A stretch of DNA of 64,000 nucleotides, from the NCBI GenBank assembly GCA_013115125.1, contig JABANN010000012.1, positions 1 through 64,000 on the forward strand, given 5' to 3'. Shown in pieces: positions 33,451-45,686 of the stretch. How positions within the stretch are numbered: the stretch's first letter is position 1; each line of letters begins with the position of its first letter. The translations under genes and the position numbers were made by a program. The notes beneath the pieces were generated by a model that was not told the DNA's origin, ran no database searches, and saw only the letters and a list, made by a program, of their open reading frames with translations. Source of the DNA: Perkinsus olseni (lineage: Eukaryota).

Positions 33451-36400
33451 TTAGATTTCTGGATCTGTTCTCTGAATCTCTTCGCGGATATGAGCGTACT
33501 TGTCGGCAAGCGCATGCCCAGATGGATGTACCTGCAGACTGCAGGCTTCAGTCCATAGAGTCCGGAGACATAGCATGACCGCTCATGGAGGAACCCGTCG
33601 TCATAGTGAATCGTCCATTTTCTTAATAGAGGTGGTGCTACCAGCCGCGCTCAAGGAAACTCAGGTTAATACGAAAGCTTCCACAAGTCAACGGCCCAAG
33701 CGAGCACATAGGCTGCTCACACAGCATTTAGCAGGTCGATGATTTGTATCAGGTCACTTTGCCATCTGCTAGCATACCCAGCTACAGCTTGGCGCACGTT
33801 GCCTGCACGGAGAAGTGTTGCATCCGTGTCGCATTGGGTTTCCCGAGTGTCGTCTCAGGGTCGGACGACATAAGAACAGCCATCTCACTTTCGACATTGC
33901 TTTCCAAGCGGTCTCGCCACCGCTCCTCGCCAAAAGCATCAGTAACTCTTTCCATACGGTCGCGCATCCCATCCAGTTGCTTCTGTCTACGAACAATCGG
34001 ACCGGGCGGGTTTTGAATCCTCTGGAATCGTGTCAGGTTCCACATGAGCCGTCCCTGCCTACACTTTTCTCCAGTGCTCCTGCTGACTCTCGCGAAGCTG
34101 TTCTACCGAACGCACGCGCTCGGCATCGCATCTTTGCATCACCTGAGATTTGCATCCGATGGGCCCTGACAACTCGCCATGGTACGCCTCGATGATCGTA
34201 CATATTCTTTGAGATCCTCAACCTCCTGTCTAAGCTCTACTGCATCCTGTTTGCATGCGTCATATTGACTGTCGACCTGAAACGGCAGACTTCTCATTCC
34301 AGAGCTGTGTTAGGGCTAGGGCCAACGCACCGCAAGTACCCTTCAACAAAACATACCTTTTTCGATCTCGATTCTATGGCTCCTTCGATCCGTTGCAAGG
34401 CTCTCTGTAGCGAGCGAGCCATGCGAACCTCCGATTTGGAGCTGAGCGACGTTATCTGCGAACGAGGAGCAACCGTGAGCTGCTTTTGACTCACGGAGGT
34501 GAACTCCACCGTCATACGGAAAATTCACGCTCGATGGGTTCGTGTGCAGCGCGCTCTCGACCAATACTTGCCATTGCGGCTGAACCTATTCATTTCAGCC
34601 CCAAGGCTTAACTCTCGTTTGAGTTCGGTGCGCTCCACTTCCGTCTCCTTCAGTACAGTTGCGCACCTGATAGAAGTCCTCCTCGCCTTGCACTCAGCGA
34701 TCGCCGTAGCGCCTTTAGCGCTTGCATCAGAAGGCAGGCGCAGACCAGATGCGGTAATCACTCCGGAGACCCCGTGCTCGGCCTCCTATCACCTCTCCTC
34801 AAGGCTCGAGCACTGCGCATTTAAGGTGCTGATTTGATCAGCGAGACACTGGTGGACCGACTTAATCTCGGAAGTTAGCTCATCGGTGCGAGTAGCGCTA
34901 ACAGGGGAGTAGCAGTCAGAACGGCTACCACAGAGACCACGCGTGGACGACAGGGAAGTTCCGAGGACCTCTTCGAGATCTCGGCCTGGATCAATGTAGT
35001 CAAGTCTGCCTCTACCCTTCGAGCCTCTCCTTCGGTCTTATCTAAAAATGGCATTGCCGTAAATCATAGCTCAAACCACCAGTGGCCATTACGTTCGACC
35101 TCTTCCACTTTCGTACGTACCGTGTCCACCAACTCATAAAGAGGTGATCGTAACTGCCAATGGATATAGCTATTATACCTAATCCTGCTGACTGCTAACT
35201 CGGCTTCCCAGCTCACCCGCTGTACCGAGCTCGATAACTTTTCCTGAATGTGCTTTGAATGCTCATCCAGGCGAGCGCCCCACTTCCTTTCGACCTGAGC
35301 AAGGACCACTAGCTCCTAATGCCGTTCACGTTAATTAGCCAAAGTACTTCAATCACTGTCTCGTCCGTCTTCTTAGCTCGGCTCTTGAGCGCTGATACCT
35401 GACAACCCGGAATCTACGAGTCGAAATGTTGGGTTTCGACGGTGCAAGCGAGATACTCGAAAGCCTTCACGCATGAAGGCGGGCATGTGGGGTACTTGAA
35501 TTGCCGTATCTTTCTGCAGCTTCTCGAGCTCCATCAGTCTCCGTTCTACTGCTCGGTGTGACCCATCACGCTCTTCTAAAATAGTAAATAAGAAGCTGGT
35601 AGGTCTACCGAGCCCGTCCGTGGACTGCTATCAGAGAAGCTCACCATCCTGCACCCCACGAGTCTGTAAAAGTGCATCGATGCCCTCCTGCACACCTCTA
35701 GCCAGCTCCGCCATGCGTGAAATTGATCTAGAGAAGAAGTGATAGGAGATGGTCGTACCTCGTGCCCGGCTTCAGGCTTTAGGGTAACTTTTCGGTTCGT
35801 AGTAGTGCACCATCACGACAACCATCACGCAAACGCGTCACCTGTCTGTGATTTCCTGAGCGCGCGATGTCGCCTCTTCCACCCGCATCCGAACCCGATC
35901 CTCCAACCCCTCTATATCTGCCTACGGCACAGAATAGACTATAAGAGTTAATTGAAACTAGGGCACAGGATTGGGTGATGAGCGGTCCCACCCGATTGAA
36001 CATCCTCAGCTGTCGCCGCTACTGTCGCTAGCCTCGAATCAATAGTAGAAGTCGCTCTACCTGAAATCACTCTGGGCCATGAGTCTCCTTCCGCTGCTCT
36101 CGGACCATGGAGATTCTCTTTGTCAGACTTACTGGCGGATCGGCACAAGTCACTGCATTTGGTCACCTTCTCAGACAGGTCATTGAAGCAAGCGCCTGAA
36201 GGAGCGGCAGAGGCTCTGTCTCAATCCAATGCTGTGTTCCTTGTCAACGGCGGGAGCCAAGAATGGCGACTGCTCCCCGTACCAAGTTGACCAACACCAG
36301 TGCTCAATCGAAAGCGAGCATCACTTTGAATTAAACATGACATGTTCGCCATAGGGCTTACTATGTTTCTGATCCAGGTTATGTATTATTTTCTCAAGGC

Positions 36401-36629
36401 GCGCGAGCCTAGCGTCGAACTCCTCTCGCAGAAGACTCGAGTTGCTGTCGAGCACCTGGCTATCGAGAAGTCGGTGACCATCGGTCGTGAGCAGTCCTGC
36501 CTCGATGAAGTGCGCGGACAGGGCTGAGCTTGGACCAACCCTTGGTGATTGATAGAGGCTGCCATTCGTTGCTACTGCTTGACGAAGACTGTTGCTGATC
36601 CCGGAAGGTGGCGGTGAGGGAGAAGACAT
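33451..36629 (-). CDS. Multi-exon coiled-coil protein of unknown function
   Basis: Start MSSPSPPPSGISNSLR; E/R/K/L-rich heptad exons separated by short GT-AG introns; ends ALADKYAHIREEIQRTDPEI*. Confidence 0.6.
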
Positions 36630-37096
36630 TGGCCGTTGAAGATGCCTTATGAGCAATTCATGTTGGACTCATACCGCAAGAACCAGTCATGCAGCGATGG
36701 CGCCTTTGAATTCCAATTCAGTCGCATCACACTGAGAGGGAAGCGGAGGTATACCGTGTCTTACGGGTTGCTCTATCGTGTGGCGAAGGACCGCTAGTGT
36801 CCATGGAGCCTTTTCCCGTACACGAGCAACGCTCGTCTTGCGCATGACCGTGGTGACCATTTCGAAACCGATGAACAACAAACGCGGGGATGACGTCGAA
36901 GTTGCTTTGCCATAAGATCAGAATATAACGTCGCCGCACACATTCTTGGTTAACCTCAAGCCTTGAAGCTCAAGATTTTGTCGTGAGACTCATGCTGCTT
37001 GATCAAAGACTGTCATGTTCCTGTTAACAGCGGCAGTTTCCTTCCCCTCAAGTAATTGACTAACATCATTGAGAAGAGAGAACCGAGTGAAACATC

Positions 37097-38836
37097 TCAC
37101 GCCACCTCAGCTGTGGACGGAGTGCCTTCCTCCATCCACCACCACATGAAATCCATGCCGAGGAACAAGTCCTGACCAGCTCGAATCTCGTTCACTCGAC
37201 GGACCACACCCGGCCACTTATCCGAGAAGTCATGACCGCTCATGATGCCGCCTGGACGAACGACAGAAATCAGTTGACTGGAGCTCATTCAGATACCAGG
37301 GGAGGTGTGGAGAAAGGAAGACAGACGACGACGCTCACCGGGCCTGAGCTTGGGCAGCCATAAGTCGATGTCCTCTCGCACGCAGTCGTACTCGTGGCAA
37401 CCATCAATGAAGATCTGACAAGCACAAGAACGCAACCCATCGGAAGGTGGGCTTAAGAAAGACGAGAGCCCTACCAAATCGATGCTCTCGTCGGGTATCA
37501 CTCTACTAGCCTCCTTGCTTGTAGTGGCCCAGAGCTTAGCCCGTTCGCCATACATGCTGTACCGCTCCTTCGTCTGCTCGTACACCATGACCGGATCAAG
37601 ATGCGCCAACTCCGGAGGGAAGGTGCCTGATCGGGGGCGGCTCCACTCTCCACCCAGCCGCTTCGTACCGTCGTCGCCGTAGTACGGGTCGATGCCGATG
37701 AGCGTCACATTGGGCAGAGCGCCGAGGACGAAGTCGCTGAAATGACCAGAGAAGACGCCGATCTCGACGACGGCAAGATTGGGGCCTCGGTGGACTGCCA
37801 TCTCCTCCAGTAGCGATATCGCCTGAGTACGTTTCGAATGGTGCAGCAACTGTTGAGAATGCATACAGTATCCCAGCGCATGCCTAGGTCCCGTCTGAAG
37901 TGATAGAAGGGCAGATCCTGGGACAGGTTCCTCGCCATGTCAGCGCTGTGCATCCACAAGAAGTGATTGGTGGACCACACCATATGCCGCACGTGGTCCG
38001 CTGTGTCTCGCGTAATCCTCTCCGTGTCCGATATAACCTTGAGGCAACATAGACGACGATTAAAAACAACGCTGTAGAGATTCGGGCATGTATCGCAGAA
38101 TCCATCCGGACGGGGTTGGCATAGCTCATCGTCGACGGCCCATCCAAGCCGGTGACGAAGTTATAATGACAACTCACTCTGTATGGGTCGGGGTTCAACG
38201 CCCCAATGTAGCCCTCGAAGCCCTCTCTCAGGCCGTTTATGTACATACCCATCGGAGTCGATCCATACCCTTCGAAAAGGCGGAGCGCCGGAGTGGCTAC
38301 CTCATTTCGCAACCTGTGACCGAAGACTGTGGAAGTTGTCCGAGCATATGAGAGGCATCTTATTCATATGGTACTGATCGCCTTGACTGATGTGCTAGTC
38401 TCAATCGCTCCAGCACTAGCTCACTCAGCAAAGTTGGGGCACTCCAATGTCTCCGACCCCTCACTATCGTCAAGGCACTCACTGACGTAGCTATAGCCCG
38501 CAGTGAGTGTACGCATGGACAGCTCATTGAGGAGCTCACAGGCTACCATTGGGACTCCACCAAAGGTGCCTGATACCAACCATCAACGACCTTCAAACCG
38601 CCAAGCTACTCTGGTCGCCTCTACGATCCAGGGCAAGCTCGCTTCTTACGGCACGTGATCTGCGTCTCGTTAACGTACTCGAAACTCTCCTTGAGCAGGG
38701 GTGATGCCAGTAGCTCGGACACACGATCAACACAGTTAGCGAGCTTTTCTCCGGAACATATGTTCCGAAAGGATCTGCCAAGCGCTAAGACCCCGAGGGC
38801 TGAAGCTATCAAGAAGCAGCGGTTGATGGCGAGCAT
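37097..38836 (-). CDS. Signal-peptide-bearing class I SAM methyltransferase (Methyltransf_24-like)
   Basis: N-terminal MLAINRCFLIASALGVLALG; C-terminal VVEIGVFSGHFS, IGIDPY, IFIDGCHEYDCVREDIDLWLPKLRPGGIMSGHDF. Confidence 0.82.
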
Positions 38837-39295
38837 CAGTGGGGTGAACTAAAGTTAAGACTTTCGTCGGACGCGTTCTGGGCAGGACATCGCCTCAGTG
38901 GTCATTCGAAGAGACTCTCCCTTCCAGAGGGACAGCGAAATAGCAGGGCGATAGGCAGCTCAGCCGATATTTAGAGAGACTACTGATCACTTGATAATGA
39001 AGCCTAAAGCGGAAAAATGCCACTCTCCTGTGTGGCTGTAGGATGGGCCGCGAGAAGATGAGGATTCTATCATCTTCGAGCTGAGCCGAGCCGGGTCGGA
39101 CCACGAGTCTGGAGCAGGCCGATATCCACAATGGTGAATCAGAGCGCGCCAGGATCGTATTCGACTTTCTTTGGTCACAATAATCAAGGAATCGGCAACC
39201 GTGATTGCGGCTCTTGCCTTGCGAAAACAAGAGAACTGCCCTCAGGGAGGACGCCAAACGCATTGACAACTCTGGAGCGAACCGCGGAAACAGGT

Positions 39296-41901
39296 TCATG
39301 ATGAAGGGAATCCGTCTTTGACGTCGACGCCCACTGCCTCACTGACGTGACTGTAACCGTCTCTCCGCAGCAACTCGGCCAGACCATGATTGATGTCTCG
39401 GAAAATCCAGGGCCCTTCATATATCATACCGGTATAGACCTGTAAGGCACTACAGCCGTCGGGCGTGGCATCAGCATGCCCGTCGATTCGGTTCATCGGA
39501 GAATCATCACTGCTTGGAGTTTATTATTAATCCGTGATTAGCGACGTCGTGAGCAGAGAAGATCAGAGGGTCGCATAAACCCGGGGTGTCACTAGGTGAG
39601 CGCTCCAGCGAAGCAGTACAGCATTCGTAGTCTCGATCGGAAATTTCATTCTAGACGTCACAAGCTAGTCTTGCCTGGACAAGAGAGGCTCCACTCCGTA
39701 TCAGGCGGTAGGCGTCTTCGGCTGTGAAGACTCCTCCGCAGCCAATGATGGGAATCTGATCACAACGGATGAGCGCCAGCTGACCTGTGCGGAAGCCTAC
39801 TTTCCCTTCGGTCACTCTGTAAACATGTCGCACAAGATTGATTGCTCGTTGCCGTACAGGCTTACCACTAATGCCGCCCTTCTCGCGATGGTGAACGTCT
39901 CCCATTGTCCTGGGAGTGAGTGTGGCGCTACAGACCCGACAAAGAGTCTCCGAAGCTCAGGCGGCCCACCTGTCCAAGCCAAGGTCCTCTGCTCGGTCAG
40001 AAACAGTGTTGACCATCACGAAACCGTCGACACCAAGCTCCACCGCTTTCCTCACCATTGCGGAGACCCCTTCGTAATACCTGCCGCCGGCAAGTCACGA
40101 TGTCGCCACCAACGACCAGCGAAAACACAGCAGCGACCTAGCCTTTCCCAGACGGTTCGACTGGCAGTATGAGCAGCAAGCGCAACGGTGAGACGGCGCC
40201 ACTCGGACAACAGAAGGGTTATGCGTAGTGGGTTAGACGACCTCACTTCTCATCGGCTGCAGCAGGAGGAGGACTCAGCTTCACCAACACGGCCTTATCC
40301 GGGAAGTTATCCCGCCTCCAATTGAGAAGAGCTCGGAGGAGTTTATCGAGGGCCTACCACGCAAAAAAGTGTCCTGAGTTATTCTGCACCTCCCACCTCG
40401 GGATCTTCGAACGTCTTCCCTTCTGCAGTGTTGGGGCAGCTGATATTAACATTGATGTACGCTGCGTATGGGGCCACCTCGTCGAAGGTGGCCAACATGT
40501 CCGCCACGGCTGCATCATCCTCGATGCTTGGAGCTGAGAGCAGCTAATATATGGGTATGGGAAGTAGTAGCAGCAGCCACAGTTTCAGTAGGGATCGCTC
40601 GGAGGGCGACCCTGCTTGCCGTCGCTCACACGGAGTCTTGGTGATGTTCACTCCAATCGGTGGCGTGTGTCTTCTGCCGCTCAACAAGGCGGTCATACTT
40701 TGTAGTTTGCCACGCAAGGACTCCGCTCCTCTGAAGCGAGAGCAGAGCTAGCCACTGATTTCCCTTCATATAAGCCCCGATACGAGCATTCTCCAAGAGC
40801 CCTGCGAACTTCATTGAATGATTCTAAGTCTAAGAGATGACCAAAACGGCGAAACGCCTTCACAAAGAAGAGTCTGGGGGCTACTGAGGTTCACAGCGCG
40901 AGTGGGTAGTCCTCATCGGCCTCCCCACTTCGAGTAAAAACACAACGGGACGAGGAATGCCTCCCAACCAAGACCGCACCTGTTGTTTAAGCCCATGCGA
41001 TTTATCACCGCGCCATCTCGAGGTAGTCGGAACAGCCGAGGGCGCGGATTGCCAGGCCAGGCCTCCTTCGAGACAGACCCGACCTAAAGTACCAGTATGA
41101 CCGACCATTCTGCGCTAACCACCCCCAGAGATCACCTCGGCGAAGCCGTTCCCGAGTACTGCGGAGGTGAAGAGATGTAGCAGCTCTCCATTCTTGTCAA
41201 AACCAGCTGCCACTCCCTAAGAGAGCCTCAGCCCATCACCATTCACTACAGCCTGGTAGTACCACAGGTCGAGGGAACTCGACACCGAAGAGGGTTTGCT
41301 TCAGGGGATCCACACCTTGCAATGCTGCGTAGGCCGGCCTTCGAGTGTCGCCATCGAGAAGAATAGCAGCGAGTCGATCCATCACACGCTTCCGATAGGC
41401 CTGGCATGAGATCCACTTGGGCGCACACACAGAACGACTACACTGTACTCTCTACGATGAGCTATGCGGCCCAAGCAACGGCGACATCATCCCGTACCCG
41501 CGGCCAAACAAGGATACCCGAAATAAGTTCTCAGCCAGACTATCCTTATTACATCGAAACAATTCCAATAGCGGTGGAAAAAGAACGCCAGTTTCCCGTA
41601 GACAGCTCCGCTCGTGATAGCCATTCGGTGTGCCACCTCAGGGTCACTAGCTGTCAAGGGAAAGAGGACAGGCCTGAACCTTGATGCTCAGAGACGGTAA
41701 ATCCGCCGCCCTGGACTACGCTATGAGGCCCTTGTAGAAGCGCGTCCCCCAGCACACTGCTGCTGCCGGTGCTGCATCAGCGTGATGCATCTCGCGAAGT
41801 ACTCCCGCCTCCCGAACCGCCAGGATGTAGTATGCTACTGCCCCCGAGACGGCCGTGACTCCTACCGTGTTACGTAGTCTACGGACGGTGTAGAAGGTCA
41901 T
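39296..41901 (-). CDS. DHODH: Dihydroorotate dehydrogenase, class 2 (quinone-dependent, mitochondrial), multi-exon
   Basis: Targeting/TM N-terminus; [78 protein letters not shown]. Confidence 0.95.
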
Positions 41902-44764
41902 GACTGTGATAGGAACCGTCCTGCATCAACGGCTAGGCTCCTTCAGCCAGAATGACTCAGGCCGATAGACGACCGTCTTACACAAACGCATGATGAACCT
42001 CACACGCTCCCTCCCCCTTACTCCAGTCACTAACTCAGATCACAGCACCGCACCCGAATGACAACCACACTATGCACGCCGTCTTGGTCCACTGAAATGA
42101 TGAAAAGCTATCAGTCGCGGCAGAGAACAGCAGCATAGGTTGGCCTTGGCGAAGGGACCAAGTGGTCTACTAATGAAGGCATAAAACCGCCAACGAATGG
42201 CCACTGGGGGCTCCAGCGGGGAAAAACAATGCGTATCACACGAATTCCCATTATCCTCTAGAATTGTTATGCTCCTGAAAACTTCGGCGATAAGCGCGCG
42301 TTACGCAGTCATATTTTCTGAAATTGCCTGGAGCATTGCTACTGTAGCCGGAGGAGGAAGGCAGCCAGAAAGCAACTTCGTACCGCTGCATTGCCGATAT
42401 CTCTACAGTCATCGTGATGCTCACGACTGTCAAACGCTCATCAAGCATTCGCATCATGACCCACTGTATGTCATCGATTTGAGACGCTGAGCTGATGTAA
42501 GGCCGCAACATCCCAGCCTCCTAAGACAGTGTTAGGACGAAACTAAAGTACGTCCCTATGAATCCCAGGTACGCGTCATGAGTTAGGTCGAGAGCTCGAA
42601 GCCGAAGGAGACGCCTGCCGTCGATTTCTTCGCATCACCTGAATCCTGAGAGGCGCCTCAGGATTTAGCATTCAGCCTAACCCCAACTCATAATTCAACG
42701 TCCGTACTTCGTTTCAAGCCACTTCGACGTCAGGTATGCTGTTGAACACAGTCATCGTTCATGACAGCGCGCATAGCAGCATGAGCACCAGTCATGCCAT
42801 CCTCATACGGCATGTAACATCAGGATGACACGGTTGCCCCTTGAAGAGTTTGGAACTACAGCATGGTGATAGGTGAACCGCCATGCTTGCACCGTGGAGA
42901 TTTATGAGAACTCAAATACAACTCGCGGGACAGGTGTTGGAACAACAGCAGGCAGCAACACACGCAGCACATCGATTATTAGTCATGAAAGAACAACTCT
43001 CCCTTCTTCATCAGAATGCGCAAGTCCAGCTAGCATTAAAACAAAGCCCATTGATTCTCGTGCGACTCCGGCCACAATCCGGTGAAGAACCAAGGGGGAT
43101 AGTCATTTTGCGGACTTGAAACTCGATAAACTGGGCGGCCGACAGGTACGAAGTGGTCTTTGATATTCGGGTCCGAGTTGCCTGTGAACAACCACATCAC
43201 TATACGCCACAGGGTTTCGCTCCATCTATCCTCAGTGACAACTGGAGCCGCTCCTTTGCCATTGTTCTTGCCCAAGATATAGAACAAGTAGCGATTCAAC
43301 GGCCTGGAGCATACAGATGCACGGTCCGGGTTCGCCGGGTGCTCTGTCGAGTTGGGGAGGAACCGTTCAGCATTAGCTTCCAGCTCCTTCAATCGAGGCA
43401 GGCTGAACTTCAGCTCCAGTCCTCTGAATAACAGAATAGCAATCCAAAAGAAGATTAAAAGAGTCCACCATGACAGCGGAGCACTACAGCAGACTCGAGT
43501 TCGAGTGAACTCTCCGCTGTAAGCTTGGAGCCCTCTACGAGTCTCTTACGGAATGTCACTCGAGATGGTGGTGGAAACTCTACTCATCCTGAAGCCTTCC
43601 TCGAGCACGGGAGCGTCCAGTCTGATCCATATACTCCAAGAGACCTGAAAAGGACAGTCAATTCGATCAAATTAGCACCAAAGGACTTGCTTTCTTCCTG
43701 CTGCCAGTACGGCTTCTTAACGACCATGTTTGGAAAGCTTCGCAGTCGAAGGAGTCCTTCTTGAGCTCCATCTCAATGTTTGAATGTGATGGATACGGGA
43801 GCGGTAATTCGCTATCATTAAGCTCGCGCCTCAACGCTCGTAGCATTTGCCTCTCCCATGGTGCTGGGCCAGTAATCTTCTCCATGGCTTGTCCCTGCAG
43901 GGAGGGGGCTCCATCCACCTCATCCTCGCCCCCCTCGTTCTGCTCTCCCCCCAGTGTAGAGTTTCTTCTTGCCATGCTTTGCAAGCTGCTCACCAAAGAC
44001 AACATCATACAAGTATCCGTACCTGAAACGATCCCTCTCACATAGCCCCCCATCTCGAAGACTACCTCGGGCAAATCATACGACGGTCAGCGAGCGTCAC
44101 TGCCCCGTCAGTATCACGATGTAGAGTACACTGAGAGAGGTCGTTCGGTCAACGATTATGTGCCGAATGGAAACGCAGGGGCTTATCACATGTTCGGTGC
44201 CGCCGTCAGGAGTCCTATTACTCAGGTACTGTACAGTCTGGGGCTCGCTCTCCTGCCCTTGCGATGTAGCATGGCTCTGAGCCAACAAGGACGCAGCATC
44301 GAATAGCCTGTATACCCCCATAATGAGCTTGACCCACCGCTGAAGACACTTTCACACCATCGAGTACACGACCAATTCTGTCCATCTTCGTAATGATTTT
44401 TCCCTCTACCACGTAGAGCGCCAATAACGCTGATGCGATGGAGAGCGGCGAGCTCGAGATGATGAAGGCCATGAACGAATCTACTGTGGAGACCTCCATG
44501 GTCCGCGCATGGAAGCGTATTTCGTCCTAGTCCACTGTGTGTTCCATCCCGATTGTCCGGTGGCACGCACAGGCGGCTCTCCTCCTGGGGTCCCTGTACA
44601 GCTCGGCCTCTCCGCCACTGCGGCCGGAGTTTTTGGTCTCAAGTACTGGAGTTCTCTCAATTGATCGTTGACATCCCAGTAGAGACTCTGCGGGTTCGCC
44701 AAGTTTTTACATTTTCTCGAGACTGATTTCCGCTGCGGCCGAAGGTGGGTTCAAGACCATTCCG

Positions 44765-45150
44765 CCCTATAGTGACGAGCTATGCGCTAGAAGAACCGAC
44801 TCTATATGGCTGCATAGGGGCGCTCAGAAGAGAAGGAATAGACAGACATCCGTCATTACATAAAGCAGTTCCAATAGCGGCGAAGGAAGACCACCTCCAT
44901 CCCGTAGACAGCTCCGCGTGTTGTGTGCCACCTCAGAGTCACAGACTGTCTAGGGAGGGAAGCCAGACCCGACTCAGAGATTCACTTCTAGATCACAGCC
45001 CGTCAGATTCAGTACAGCTCCAACCGTATTGTCACGCAGGTCACGGAGGGTCTCGGCCGGCATGGCTGTGATAGCAGCCAACGGTCGGATGACATTAGAG
45101 GAAGTACAGGATTAACGAGAGCTGTGGCTCCTCATGAAGGTAAAACTGCT
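44765..45150 (-). pseudogene. Degenerate duplicate of the DHODH 5' end and upstream flank
   Basis: TTCCAATAGCGG...CCCGTAGACAGCTCCGC...GTGTGCCACCTCAG.GTCAC matches 41563-41647 (exon DPEVAH...GAVYG...RYWNCF), with a deletion and frameshift. Confidence 0.75.
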
Positions 45151-45686
45151 GCCCCTCCACGTTGACCTCTCCTCCGCGGAAATTTACCGTTACTCAAGCC
45201 TCGTACGAGTATAAGAAGTACAATTATACTATGGACGCCGTCGCCGGCAAGGCCACTAGGATGATGAAGGACTCCCAATCATGACAGAAATCAACAGCCG
45301 ATGATGCAGACCCTCGGCCGCCTGGTCACAACGACGCTCAAAACAGCGAGAAGGAGTGGCATTAGTCCAGCACGAATGACTGGTCCTTCAGTATGATTGA
45401 CGACCATGGAAATGATACATTTTAAACCACATGAAAACCTCAACGGTAGCGAGCTACGAGCAGATAGTCGATAGACAAGCGAAGGTGAGTGAACACTCAA
45501 CCTGCTTGCAAATACTCTAAGTGAAGGGGAACAAGTATATGGCAGAAGAAAGAAGCAGCAGCAGACGCGATAACACGACTAGAATGCAGCGGTTCTGAGC
45601 GCCCACCGCTGAGGGCTTGGGGCGACTGTATCAGGCAGCGGCAGTGGTTGTACAACGGCTACCACGAACAGTGGCACACAAATGAG

